DNA from: a virus
IMG/VR virus record: IMGVR_UViG_3300049347_000001
Span: 1 to 61,186 of that record
Strand: one strand, 5' to 3'
DNA: 61,186 bases
Numbering within the stretch: position 1 is the first letter of the stretch; every line of letters starts with the position of its first letter. Positions 32,166 to 41,427 of the stretch are shown here, piece after piece. The notes beneath the pieces are model-generated. The model was not told the origin of the DNA, ran no database searches, and was given only the letters and a program-made list of their open reading frames with translations. The translations under genes were made by a program, and so were the position numbers.

Positions 32166-32374
32166 GGCGCGAGCAGGCCTGCGGTCCGCAGCGCCGCCAG
32201 AAGAGCATTCAACTTCGTGCGCAGCGCCAGATAGTCCGTGCGCAGCGCGTCGTACTCGGCCTTGGTGGGGGTGGCACCGGCCGCGACAACCGAGGTGGCG
32301 GCAGCCGCGTCGGCGACCGCAGCTGCCTGCTTGCCCTCGCGGGCCGCTCCCGCGCCCGGGTTCAGGTACGGCAT
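32162..32374 (-). CDS. Hypothetical small protein after the capsid gene, 70 aa
   Basis: ATG 32374 with GAGGAGG RBS; Ala-rich, C-terminal helix EYDALRTDYLALRTKLNALLAALR. Confidence 0.5.
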   Translation of the reverse strand: MPYLNPGAGAAREGKQAAAVADAAAATSVVAAGATPTKAEYDALRTDYLALRTKLNALLAALRTAGLLAP

Positions 32375-32384
32375 GTCAGCCTCC

Positions 32385-33710
32385 TCAGGCGGTCAGGTCG
32401 ATCTCGACGAAGGCGTTCGGCTGGATCACGCCGAAGGCCGCGCGCATCTCGGCGAGGATCGCGACGAGGTTGCGGACGAAGAAGTCCAGATGACTGTCGG
32501 TCATCTGGATCGTGGCCTGCTCGCGGTCCCACAGGATCGCCTTGCGGAAGTCGCCGACATAGCCGGTGCCCGCAGGGACGGCCTCGGTCTCGATGACCGG
32601 GAGGCCCCACAGGGTGCCTGCGCCGCCGGTCCCGGCCGGACCGCCGAAGTAGTAGCGGGCCTCGTTGTCCTGGAGAAGGTCCAGGGTCTCGAGGTCGGTG
32701 GGGTTGAGCAGGTAGGCGTTGGCCACCGAGCGGCCGACCGTGCGGACCTTGGTCTTGGCCTTGCGGGTGGTGGTCAGGGCGTTGGTGTCCCAGGCCTGCG
32801 CCTGCACGCCAGACACGGTGCCGAGTCCCTCGAAGTTCTCGCCCGTGTTGTCGCCCTGGACCATCTGATCCTCGAGCTCTTCCTCCAGGCCGTAGCGGAG
32901 GAAGGCGTCGATCAGGGTGCGGATCTGCGCGGCGTCCGACAGAGCCCGCTTGGTGACCGGCATCCAGTGCGCGATCGTCTTCACCGCGGCCGTGACCTTC
33001 GCCAGGGCGAGGCCGGACTCCGGCTTGTAGCCACCGCCCGCGTTGTTCACCAGCGCACCGGCACCACCCGGGGCGGTCGGGGCCGCCGAGCTGGTGGCCT
33101 CCGCGACCGGCGCCGCGTTGTTCGTCACCGACGTGACACGCACGTACTCCACCGTGTCCGAGGCGGTCGTGCCGTTGGTGACGACGTCCCGCATCCGCAG
33201 CGGGCGCTGGAACACGTCGATGCCGACCTGCAGCCCGCGGTAGTCGTTCTGCACGAACGCGCCGCCGGAGGTGTCCGAGCCGCCTGTGACCAGGCTCTTG
33301 ACGCCGAACATCTCCGACTGCACGCGCTGCTTCGCACCGAACGTGCCGCCGCGTGCCTGCGACAGGAGGCCCTTGTACTCGGCGGACTCGGTGAACTGCT
33401 CACCCAGGGACTTGCCGCGCTTCGGCAGCTCGAACCCGGAAGCCGTGCGCCGCTGCCCGTCCTCGTCGGTCTTGGCGTTCAGGGCGATGTCGTCGCCGAG
33501 GTCGGCGAGCGTCTTCTTCAGCTCGTCGTTGCCCCGGAGGCGTTCGATCTCCGACTTCGCCTCTGTGGCCTTGGCCATGTGCTCGCGCAGCTGGCCGGCC
33601 TCGTCGGGCGTGAAGTCGCGGTCGCCGTCCTCCTCGGCCGCCTTGGTGATCTGCCGGGCCTCGAGGAGGTGGTGCTTCATGAGTTCCTTGAACTCATCGA
33701 TCTTGGGCAT
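32385..33710 (-). CDS. Major capsid protein (HK97 fold), 441 aa
   Basis: Follows the protease; N-terminal coiled-coil delta-like region (EFKELMKHHLLEARQITKAAEED..), then typical capsid core; size and synteny. Confidence 0.85.
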   Translation of the reverse strand: MPKIDEFKELMKHHLLEARQITKAAEEDGDRDFTPDEAGQLREHMAKATEAKSEIERLRGNDELKKTLADLGDDIALNAKTDEDGQRRTASGFELPKRGKSLGEQFTESAEYKGLLSQARGGTFGAKQRVQSEMFGVKSLVTGGSDTSGGAFVQNDYRGLQVGIDVFQRPLRMRDVVTNGTTASDTVEYVRVTSVTNNAAPVAEATSSAAPTAPGGAGALVNNAGGGYKPESGLALAKVTAAVKTIAHWMPVTKRALSDAAQIRTLIDAFLRYGLEEELEDQMVQGDNTGENFEGLGTVSGVQAQAWDTNALTTTRKAKTKVRTVGRSVANAYLLNPTDLETLDLLQDNEARYYFGGPAGTGGAGTLWGLPVIETEAVPAGTGYVGDFRKAILWDREQATIQMTDSHLDFFVRNLVAILAEMRAAFGVIQPNAFVEIDLTA

Positions 33711-33716
33711 GGGTCC

Positions 33717-34601
33717 TCATTCCGTGAGCGAGAGTTCCAGCTCGTTCAGCTGTAGCTCGGTGCGCAGACGGGCAGAGGCGGCGGCGGCCTTGGCGGCACC
33801 CTCGTCAGGGGTGGCTTCGCGGGGGTCCGGCGTGGTCTCGTCCTCGGTGCTGCTGATGGGTTCGTCCGTGGGCTCCTGGGCGGGCGGGGTCGCCTCGGGC
33901 TGAGCGGAAGGCGTTGCGCCGTCGGCTGCCTCGGCGCCCGGCTGGCCGGGCTCGTCGGACGTCTTGCGGTCGGCAGCCTTCTCGGGCTGCGCGGTATCGA
34001 GCACTTCACCGATCGCCGTGTAGGCGGCGGTGAGCGACTCGAAGTTCTTCTGTGACAGGACTCGGCCGGCCTTCGCGCCGCGCGCCAGACCGGCAGCTTT
34101 GGCGGCCAGGAGTTCGGTCTCCTGGTTCGCGCCGACCAGGCAGGGGCCCACCTCGTGGAGCTTGAGGCGGCGCAGCTCGTAGTAGCCGCCCCACGAGTGC
34201 TGGTCATCCTCGACCCAGGCGCCTTCCTTGACGTCGTAGGCGAAGGAGAACTGCGTGACGCGCCGCCCCTTCAGCAGGCGGTATACCTGCGCCGAGGTCG
34301 GGTTGCTGTCGAGGTCGTCGATCTGGCCCGTGACTTCCAGTCCCTGCAGCGTCTCGACCGCCTTGATGACGGTGCCGACGTGGGCGAACGGGTCGCCCCA
34401 GGCGTGCGCCCAGATCACCGGGATCGGGTCGCCCTTCGCCTCCCACTCCGACAGCGTCTCCGTGAACGCGCCCGGCCGGACCACGTCGCCGACGCTGTCC
34501 TCGTTGCCGAACACGCTGACCACCGCGACGAACTGCCCCTCGGCCAGCCCGTCGGCGACGCCCGCCGCCTTCACACGAGCCGTGAAGTCTTTCGTGCGCA
34601 C
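33717..34601 (-). CDS. Prohead protease (HK97/S78 family), 294 aa
   Basis: Trimmed to GTG 34601 (AAGGAGGA RBS, 1 nt after portal stop); FVAVVSVFGNEDSVGDVVRPGAFTETL...PVIWAHAWGDPFAHVG matches the protease core. Confidence 0.8.
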   Translation of the reverse strand: MRTKDFTARVKAAGVADGLAEGQFVAVVSVFGNEDSVGDVVRPGAFTETLSEWEAKGDPIPVIWAHAWGDPFAHVGTVIKAVETLQGLEVTGQIDDLDSNPTSAQVYRLLKGRRVTQFSFAYDVKEGAWVEDDQHSWGGYYELRRLKLHEVGPCLVGANQETELLAAKAAGLARGAKAGRVLSQKNFESLTAAYTAIGEVLDTAQPEKAADRKTSDEPGQPGAEAADGATPSAQPEATPPAQEPTDEPISSTEDETTPDPREATPDEGAAKAAAASARLRTELQLNELELSLTE

Positions 34602-34602
34602 G

Positions 34603-36537
34603 TCAGTCCTCCTTCGCATAGTCGAGAGTGCAGTTGCAGTTGACGAGCTCGGCCGTCTTGCCGGAGCCGTCTCCGGGCCAGCGCAGACCGTTGGAGAAGA
34701 CGTCGTCGAGGCTGACCGCCTCGCCGTCCTGCGCCTTGTGCGACGGGCGCGGGTTACGGCCGCCGGTCCGCCAGATCTTCTTCAACAGGCCCGAGGCCGA
34801 CGCGGCGTCATGGCCGCCGAAGCTGCGCAGTTCCGTCGAGGCGGTCGCCGCCCGCGTCACCGCGGCGGAAGACCAGGCGAGCGCAGCCCCCTTGAGCGCC
34901 TCGCGCCACCCGTCGCCGCCTTCCTCCTGAACGCGGGTGACCGCCTTCAGGCCGGCGTCCTCGTGCTGCTCCGCGTGGGTCTGCGCGGCGGCCAGGATCC
35001 AGGCCAGCATCACTTCGGCCGACCAGTTCTCGGCGTCCGGGTTGTGGATCTCCAGGACTTCCCACGCACCCAGTTGAGCGATCTGGTAGCCGTGATCGGC
35101 CAGCAGCGCGGAGAGCTGCGCGATCCGGTCGTCCGAACCGGCCGCCCACAGTTCGAGCAGGTCCGGCATGCCGTCCGCCTTCACGCCAGCCGCGGTCAGC
35201 AGACGAGTCGAGGCTCGCTCGGTGAACTTCACCAGCGCAGTCTCGAGCGCATCCCGCTGCCCATCGACCGTCCCGAGTTCAGCCGGCCTGCCGCTCTTGA
35301 CCAGCGCCAGGCCGCGCGCTTTTGGGAGCGCCTCCGGCGTTGGGGCCGTATCCCGCGGCGAGGCAAGCCCGCCCTCGGTGACGTTCATCGGGGTGATCAG
35401 CGAATCGCCGCCCTCGATGGACGGCAGGTTGTTGCGGGCACGGGTTTCGTTCACCGTCATCCACGGCCGGCCCGTCGCTGTCGACGCCGCGACCGCCTGC
35501 TCCTCGAACGAACCCCGCAGCTTCGAGTCGATGTTGAACTCGCAGTACACGTCCGCGTTATTGCCCGGCAGGTCCGGCAGGATCTGTGCGGCGATCTCCT
35601 GCTGGAGCATCACCATCCAGGGCCCGAGCGTGTCCTGGTACAGGTGGGCGTGCTGCTCCTTGATGTTGGAGTAGGTCGCGTGGTCGAGGATCCCGATCAG
35701 CGGCGGCGGGATGAAGTAGGCCGCCGACACCTCCTCACGGGTCAGCTTTCGCGCCTCGATGTACTGCGCCTGCTCCGGGTTGAAGCCGACGGCCTTGTAG
35801 TCCATGCCGTCCTCGAGGATCGGCGTGCCACCCTCGGCGCCGCCCCCGGAGGAGAACGTGCGCCACATCTCCCGGAACCGCGCCTTGTCTTTGGCGTTCC
35901 AGTCCGGCGCGGTGTCTGGTCGAACGATGACACCCGTAAGCCGGGCCCCGCTCTTCCACATCTGCGCCCGCTGCTTCGCTGCTTCCGACGACTCCAGGAG
36001 CAGCTCCCGCAGGGACTCGATCGGCGACGAGCCGACAGCCAGATTGTCCGGCGTATAGCCGTGGATGTGGACGACCTCGTCCACGGCGAAGTCCCGGCCG
36101 CCTGCCGTCTCGTAGTGCTCGGGCCTGATCCAGTTCCCCCCGTAAGGGCGGATCAGCGAAGGAGGCACCGGGAGGATCCGAAGCTGCCCGTTCAGCCTGA
36201 GCTTGATCCCGAACCAGTCGTCATACAGAGCGACGTCGGAGACGATCCGCTCGACGAACCGGTACTGCGTCATGCCCGGCATCGGCTCCGCCAGCAGCCG
36301 CGGCAGCGGGTGATCCGTCAGCCGCTCCCGGTCCGTGTCGCTCACCCGGCTGAACGTGTGGATGCCGAGCTGCGCGATGTTCCGCGACAGAAAGCCGATG
36401 ACCGTCCGCACCTGCGGCTGCGTGCGCCAGATCGTCTCGTACTCCCATGGTGCCGCCGGCAGCGGCATCGCCGCATACCCGGGCGTGACCCCGGCCCCGG
36501 TCACGGCCAGCTCGCCCGATGAGACCACGAACGCCAT
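34603..36537 (-). CDS. Portal protein, 644 aa
   Basis: ATG 36537 in ATGA overlap with upstream stop; size and position between terminase and protease; HK97-type portal-like central region. Confidence 0.85.
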   Translation of the reverse strand: MAFVVSSGELAVTGAGVTPGYAAMPLPAAPWEYETIWRTQPQVRTVIGFLSRNIAQLGIHTFSRVSDTDRERLTDHPLPRLLAEPMPGMTQYRFVERIVSDVALYDDWFGIKLRLNGQLRILPVPPSLIRPYGGNWIRPEHYETAGGRDFAVDEVVHIHGYTPDNLAVGSSPIESLRELLLESSEAAKQRAQMWKSGARLTGVIVRPDTAPDWNAKDKARFREMWRTFSSGGGAEGGTPILEDGMDYKAVGFNPEQAQYIEARKLTREEVSAAYFIPPPLIGILDHATYSNIKEQHAHLYQDTLGPWMVMLQQEIAAQILPDLPGNNADVYCEFNIDSKLRGSFEEQAVAASTATGRPWMTVNETRARNNLPSIEGGDSLITPMNVTEGGLASPRDTAPTPEALPKARGLALVKSGRPAELGTVDGQRDALETALVKFTERASTRLLTAAGVKADGMPDLLELWAAGSDDRIAQLSALLADHGYQIAQLGAWEVLEIHNPDAENWSAEVMLAWILAAAQTHAEQHEDAGLKAVTRVQEEGGDGWREALKGAALAWSSAAVTRAATASTELRSFGGHDAASASGLLKKIWRTGGRNPRPSHKAQDGEAVSLDDVFSNGLRWPGDGSGKTAELVNCNCTLDYAKED

Positions 36538-36755
36538 CACCCACCACCCGCCAGCACCTGGGTGAACTCGACCTTCGCCCGCTCGATGACGACCTCGCCG
36601 TCCACGCGCTGTGGCTGCCTGCCGGCCTCCAGCAGCTCGACGTCACGCAGCACCAGCAGCGGGCCGCGCTTCGCCCACAGCACTCCGGTGAAGGCCTTGT
36701 CTGCGAGGTTGACGACGACCCGCTTACGCACCGCCGTGCGACGCCAGGCGAACAT
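36537..36755 (-). CDS. Hypothetical protein between terminase and portal, 72 aa
   Basis: ATG 36755 with GGAGGGAGG RBS. Confidence 0.55.
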   Translation of the reverse strand: MFAWRRTAVRKRVVVNLADKAFTGVLWAKRGPLLVLRDVELLEAGRQPQRVDGEVVIERAKVEFTQVLAGGG

Positions 36756-36773
36756 GCGGCCTCCCTCCGGCCG

Positions 36774-38495
36774 CTACACGACCATGATTTCGTCCTCGTC
36801 CGCGTACCGGGATTTCCGCCGCGGGGGCCGCGCCACGACCTCGGCCATCGCCGTCGCCAGCGCCGACACCCCGTCGATCTTGTCTCCGCTGTTCGCCTTG
36901 TCCGGCTTCACGTTCCCGGCCGGGTCCATCGCCACAGCCAAGTTGTCAACACACCACCGCACCACCGGATGCCCGCCGTGCCGAATCGCCGGAGCCTCCG
37001 GCGTGCCACCGAGAACCAGGCGCTGAATCTCCTTCAGGACTGGCGACATCGTCGCGAAGCCCTGCCGGACCTTCACCATCGGGGCCCGCTCGCTGACCAG
37101 ATCGTTCGTCAGCTGCGACGCGTTCCACGGGTCGTAACCGATCGACTTGACCTTGAAGAAGTCGCGGTCCCGGCGGATCTGCTCCTTGATGAAGTCGTAG
37201 TCCGCGACGTTCCCCGGCGTCGCCACCAGGAAGCCCTCACGCACCCAGCGGGAAGCCGCCCCAGCCGTCCGCTTGTCCAGCGCCTTGAGGTTGTCCTCCG
37301 GCGTCCAGAACCGCCACAGCGCATCCAGCGTGCCGGTCCGGTCATCGGGGAACAGCCAGCACAGCGCGCACAGGTCCGAGGTGCTCGCCAAGTCGAGTCC
37401 GCCATACGCCTCCCGCCCCTTCAGCGCCTGCTCGTCGACCAGGCCCGCGTTGTCGTCCCAGTCCTCCAGCCGAAGGAACCGCGTCGACTGCTTCGTCCGG
37501 ATCCCCAGGTGCAGGCGCAGGTACTTCGCCAGGTCCGCCGGGGACTGCTGCGCCTCGGCTGCCGCCCCCTTCAGGTAGGCCGCGCTCGGGCTCACGCCGT
37601 ATCCCGGGTTCGCCTTGCGCTGCGTCTCCACCGAGAAGGGATCGTCGCTCTCATCCGCGCCCCACACCACGCCGTAGGTGTCCACGTCGTGCAACGCGCC
37701 GCGCGCCAGCTGCTCCACATACTGGCGCTTGCGGTCATAGATCGATTCCTGCTTGCCCTCGTCCGCGGTCGTGATGATGACGACCAGCGGCTGGCGGCGC
37801 GAGCCGGTCCCCGTCTCGATCGTCTCCACCAGGTCCGGGCTCTTGTGGACGTGCAGCTCGTCGATGATCCCGCCGTGCACGTTCGCGCCATGCAGCGCCT
37901 CCGCCACCGAGGAGACGACCGTGAAGTACGAGCCCGACGCCGGATGCGTGATCTTCTTGGTGAACGCCTTGACGTTCCCCTTCAGCGCGGGCGCCCGCTC
38001 GGCGATCGTCTTGATCGGGTCGAACGTGTAGCGGGCCTGCTTCTCCGAGGTGGCCGCCGCGTACACCTGCGCGCCCGGCTCATTGTCCGCCGCCATCAGA
38101 TACACGGCGATGCCGCCCGACAGCGTCGTCTTGCCGTTGCGTCGAGGGACGTCCACGTACAGCTTGCGGACGATCCTCACGTAGCCCTCGGCCTCGTCGT
38201 CCCAGCGCACCCATCCGAACACCGGGGCGATGATGTACGCCACCTGCCACGGGTCCGGGTCCAGCGGCTTGCCCGCCCACTTGCCCTGCGTGTGCCGCAG
38301 CAGATGGAAGCTCTTCAGTACCCGGTCCACCTTGGCCGGATCGAAGACCGCTCCCGGCGCCTCACCCGGGCTCGGGGTCTGCACCTTGGGCCGGCAGTCC
38401 GGGAGGGGAATCCCGCGGGACTTCATGTACCAGGCGACCTCGGCGCAGATGCCCAGCTCAGCCGGAGCCGGCGAACGGGTTCTCCGCGTCCCCAT
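36774..38495 (-). CDS. Terminase large subunit, 573 aa
   Basis: Walker-A-like VDVPRRNGKTTLSGGIAVY, later nuclease-half acidic motifs; size and synteny. Alternative start ATG 38426. Confidence 0.9.
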   Translation of the reverse strand: MGTRRTRSPAPAELGICAEVAWYMKSRGIPLPDCRPKVQTPSPGEAPGAVFDPAKVDRVLKSFHLLRHTQGKWAGKPLDPDPWQVAYIIAPVFGWVRWDDEAEGYVRIVRKLYVDVPRRNGKTTLSGGIAVYLMAADNEPGAQVYAAATSEKQARYTFDPIKTIAERAPALKGNVKAFTKKITHPASGSYFTVVSSVAEALHGANVHGGIIDELHVHKSPDLVETIETGTGSRRQPLVVIITTADEGKQESIYDRKRQYVEQLARGALHDVDTYGVVWGADESDDPFSVETQRKANPGYGVSPSAAYLKGAAAEAQQSPADLAKYLRLHLGIRTKQSTRFLRLEDWDDNAGLVDEQALKGREAYGGLDLASTSDLCALCWLFPDDRTGTLDALWRFWTPEDNLKALDKRTAGAASRWVREGFLVATPGNVADYDFIKEQIRRDRDFFKVKSIGYDPWNASQLTNDLVSERAPMVKVRQGFATMSPVLKEIQRLVLGGTPEAPAIRHGGHPVVRWCVDNLAVAMDPAGNVKPDKANSGDKIDGVSALATAMAEVVARPPRRKSRYADEDEIMVV

Positions 38496-38922
38496 CGTCG
38501 CCCCCGCTTCGAGCCAGAGCCTGCTCCGTCGACGGCGTCAGGCCGAAGTGCCCGGCCCACGAACGGACTTCCCGTCCGGCCGCGCGCGCGATCGCCACCG
38601 CAGGATGGGCCAACGTGCCCTGGCGCGCCTCGATCGTCAGGCCGTCCCGCTGCACCGTCTGCGTCGCCTCGACGAAGGTGGCCCACGCCTCGCAGTACGA
38701 AGCCAGCGCCGCACGGTCCGACTCCTTCACCAGGTCCAGGCGCGAGAGTTCCGGCAGTACGCGGTGCCACTCGGCGGCGGCCTCCTCGGACAGCCACTCG
38801 GGTGGCTCCGGCGGGACGCGCTTGAAGTCGGGGCCGGTGTTGACCTTGCGGCCACCGGAGTCACGGCCCGGCGCACGGCCGTCGATCAGCTTCAGGCCCG
38901 CGGGCTTCGAGGTACGGGGCAC
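38458..38922 (-). CDS. Terminase small subunit (P27 family-like), 154 aa
   Basis: GTG 38922 with GGGGGTGA RBS; PEWLSEEAAAEWHRVLPELSRLDLVKESDRAALASYCEAWATFVEA typical of P27-type TerS. Confidence 0.8.
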   Translation of the reverse strand: MPRTSKPAGLKLIDGRAPGRDSGGRKVNTGPDFKRVPPEPPEWLSEEAAAEWHRVLPELSRLDLVKESDRAALASYCEAWATFVEATQTVQRDGLTIEARQGTLAHPAVAIARAAGREVRSWAGHFGLTPSTEQALARSGGDDGDAENPFAGSG

Positions 38923-39126
38923 GGATGATCACCCCCACCAGTCACTCGGAGTTATCGCAGGTCAGAGGCCTATCCCCTGGTCAGGGTAGTGAGCGCGCGC
39001 CTTCCGAGTTAACCGCGGCGGGGCCCGTGGAAAAAGATCTGGTGATTTTGACTCCCCTCCCCCTCGGGGAGGTCGGAAGCCAGAAAAGGCGGATCATCAA
39101 AGGCGAATTCGGACCCAAAATTGCCC
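38923..39126. other. Candidate cos region
   Basis: 204-bp lower-GC gap between HNH and TerS genes; hairpin CCTCCCC-ctc-GGGGAGG (39056-39072); A/T runs (ggaaaaagatctggtgattttgac). Confidence 0.4.
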
Positions 39127-39534
39127 TCAGAAAGCCCTTTTCGCGCTCCCTTTTCGAGCCCGATTGGCCCGCGCGGCCTCCGCTTTGCTCTTCTCCTCGT
39201 CGCACGGAGGGCACAGGAGGCCGAGGTTGTCGAGATCCTTGCGCGATCCGCCTTCGAAGATCGGCACGATGTGGTCCAGGACGAAGCGTTCAGCCTCTGG
39301 ATCATCAGCCATGACGTCCTCTTGGTCTGCTCCGCACCTGTAGCAGCATCCGTGATCGCGCTTGGTCACCCTGCGCTTGAGCTTGCGCCATTCACCTGAC
39401 GTGATCCCGTAGCGCGCCGCCTTGTCGTCCCTGCCTCGCCATGGAACGGGCTTGTGCTCGTCGCATCGCGAGCCCACCGTGGCGATCTCATGGCATCCAC
39501 CCTCGGTACACCGAGAAGGAGGAGAGGTAGGCAT
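39127..39534 (-). CDS. HNH endonuclease, 135 aa
   Basis: ATG 39534 with GGGGAGGGAGGG RBS; HGCCYRCG...LDHIVPIFEGGSRKDLDNLGLLCPPCDEEK = HNH/zinc-finger core; adjacent to the terminase. Confidence 0.85.
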   Translation of the reverse strand: MPTSPPSRCTEGGCHEIATVGSRCDEHKPVPWRGRDDKAARYGITSGEWRKLKRRVTKRDHGCCYRCGADQEDVMADDPEAERFVLDHIVPIFEGGSRKDLDNLGLLCPPCDEEKSKAEAARANRARKGSAKRAF

Positions 39535-39572
39535 CCCTCCCTCCCCTCTCCCCCTGGACGTTCCCCTGGCCC

Positions 39573-39953
39573 CTACTCGCCCTTCCCTACCCCTGTGGCT
39601 TCCCCATTGACCAGGGTGGCCAGGGTTCGCGCCTGGGCTTCCTTGCGAGCAGGTACAGGGCAGAGCATGACCTTGTCACCGTTCTCGATGGTGATGAACA
39701 GCTGGTTCATGTCCTTCTTCAGTGCGAGCGCGAACAGCCCTGTGAGGAGTACCCGGGTCGCTGTGACGCGCTTCCCAGCCTCTTCACCGCGCTCGATGGT
39801 GATACGGGCCCCTTCAGCAGGCACGGGATCCTGGTTGGGGGCCCTGAACTGGCCTCCCATGACGGTCAGACCGGCCGACGCGGCTGCTGCGGTGATCTGC
39901 CGCTGCCTTCTGGCCGCGGCCTTCTCTTCGTCACTCTTCTTGCTGCCGAACAT
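39573..39953 (-). CDS. Hypothetical protein, 126 aa
   Basis: ATG 39953; one hydrophobic helix (VLLTGLFALAL); no domain recognised. Confidence 0.6.
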   Translation of the reverse strand: MFGSKKSDEEKAAARRQRQITAAAASAGLTVMGGQFRAPNQDPVPAEGARITIERGEEAGKRVTATRVLLTGLFALALKKDMNQLFITIENGDKVMLCPVPARKEAQARTLATLVNGEATGVGKGE

Positions 39954-40014
39954 GCCCTGCCCCCACTGGTTGCGCGGTTGGAGCGTCCATCCTCGCGCGC
40001 GGGCGGGCCGTAGG

Positions 40015-40161
40015 TCAGCTGTTGGCGAGCCTGTAGGCCGTGAGTTTGAGTTCGGCGTTGTCGACGTCGATCTCCAGCGTGGTCCCGTAGTAGCGCACAG
40101 GGAAGGGCCCGATGCGGCGGACCTCCAGCCAGACGGCGGTGGTCTGGTCGTCGGTCGCTGG
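40015..40161 (-). other. 48-codon coding-like extension in frame behind the TGA stop of the fibre gene
   Basis: Own translation PATDDQTTAVWLEVRRIGPFPVRYYGTTLEIDVDNAELKLTAYRLANS*; 44 of 48 third positions are G/C; no ATG/TTG, only an internal GTG at 40088. Confidence 0.35.
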
Positions 40162-41367
40162 TCAGGTCCAAGTGCCGGGCGTGCCGGGCGCAGTGCACAG
40201 GTGCCAGGCCCCTGCCGAGTCGAGGACTACGTCGCCGGTGGTCCACGCGCCGGTCGTCGGCGCCCCGGCCGAGTTCTTGAAACCGGCAAGGCGGATGTTC
40301 GCCAGCCCGTTCTTCTTCCCGAGTTCAGCTACGCCCGTGCTGGCGTCGAGGGCGTGGACCACGTCGAAGCCGCCGGTGCCGAAAATACTGCGGCCCATGA
40401 GGTGCGGTCCGTCGGCAGCGAGCCTCAGGAGAGTGACCTGGGTGCCGTCGAATCCTGCGCCGGAGAAGCGGCTGAGGTAGAGGTCTTTCCCGCCGACCTC
40501 GAAGTCGAATTCGCCGCCGTCAGAGCGGAGCCGGAACCCGCCGGCGTCGTCGCCGCGGAGGACGGTGAGGTTGCCGCCGTCGATGACGAGGCTTCCGGTG
40601 AGGGTGCCGCCGGCGAGGGACAGTAGGGCTGCGAGGGCTGCGGCGAGACCGGCCACCTGGTCCTGGGTCACGGTGATTTCGTCGCTGCTGCCGTCGCCGT
40701 GGGATGCGGCGTGTGGGCTGGGGGTGCGCGCGTTGGTGAGCCGCGGGTCGGTGGTGGCGACGAGGGCCCCGGTGTCGGGGATGCCGTGGACGCCGGTGGT
40801 GTCGGCGGCGTGGGTGGTCACTGCGGTGTCGGTGTACGCCTCGGCGTCCGCGGTCGATCCGTCGGCTCCGGGCGGGCCTTGCAATCCGGTCGGCCCGGTG
40901 TCGCCCGGGGGTCCTTCGGGCCCGACGAGAGAGGCCAGCCATTCGGTGACCGTGCCGGTGTAGCCCTCGTCGACGGCCACCTCGTAGGCGGACTGGCCGG
41001 GCTGCCCGGTGGTGCCACCGCCCGGGGCCTGCGCGGGGACGAGGCTGTCGAGGTGGATGGTGGCGCCGTCGGCGCCGAGGATGTCGGCCCAGAACGCTGT
41101 GCGCCGGCCCCTGTTGGGCTGGATGTCGACGTACCAGCGCCAGCCTGCCGGTTCGATGCCAGCCGCGTTGTTGGGGATGAGGTCGACCTCGAACGCGCCG
41201 TCGACAATGTCCGTCTTGCCGCCGCCGGGATAGATGGCGTGCCGGGCCTCGTCGGTGAGCAGCGCGGACGGGGTGAGGACGACCTGCCCGCCGAACCCGG
41301 TACCGGCAACGGCGGAGGGCAACGTGCCGGTCAGGGTGACAACAGGGGTTCCTGCGGGGAACGCCAT
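40162..41367 (-). CDS. Collagen-repeat tail-fibre-like protein, 401 aa
   Basis: ATG 41367 after GGAGGTG; Gly-X-Y run GPEGPPGDTGPTGLQGPPGADG; Gly/Thr-rich beta C-terminus. Located upstream of the packaging genes, not in the tail module. Confidence 0.7.
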   Translation of the reverse strand: MAFPAGTPVVTLTGTLPSAVAGTGFGGQVVLTPSALLTDEARHAIYPGGGKTDIVDGAFEVDLIPNNAAGIEPAGWRWYVDIQPNRGRRTAFWADILGADGATIHLDSLVPAQAPGGGTTGQPGQSAYEVAVDEGYTGTVTEWLASLVGPEGPPGDTGPTGLQGPPGADGSTADAEAYTDTAVTTHAADTTGVHGIPDTGALVATTDPRLTNARTPSPHAASHGDGSSDEITVTQDQVAGLAAALAALLSLAGGTLTGSLVIDGGNLTVLRGDDAGGFRLRSDGGEFDFEVGGKDLYLSRFSGAGFDGTQVTLLRLAADGPHLMGRSIFGTGGFDVVHALDASTGVAELGKKNGLANIRLAGFKNSAGAPTTGAWTTGDVVLDSAGAWHLCTAPGTPGTWT

Positions 41368-41427
41368 GAACACCTCCCGGCAGGACGAGCCCCGCCGCCC
41401 GGACAGGGTGAACGGACGACGGGACGA

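Noticed and set aside
38458-38495. 38-nt TerS/TerL overlap considered as a recoding site.
   Set aside because: No slippery run is present. A simple overlap or the alternative TerL start ATG 38426 explains it.
40780-40870. Collagen-like Gly-X-Y region considered as a DNA tandem repeat / VNTR.
   Set aside because: The repetition is at the amino-acid level. The 9-nt units are not identical at the DNA level.
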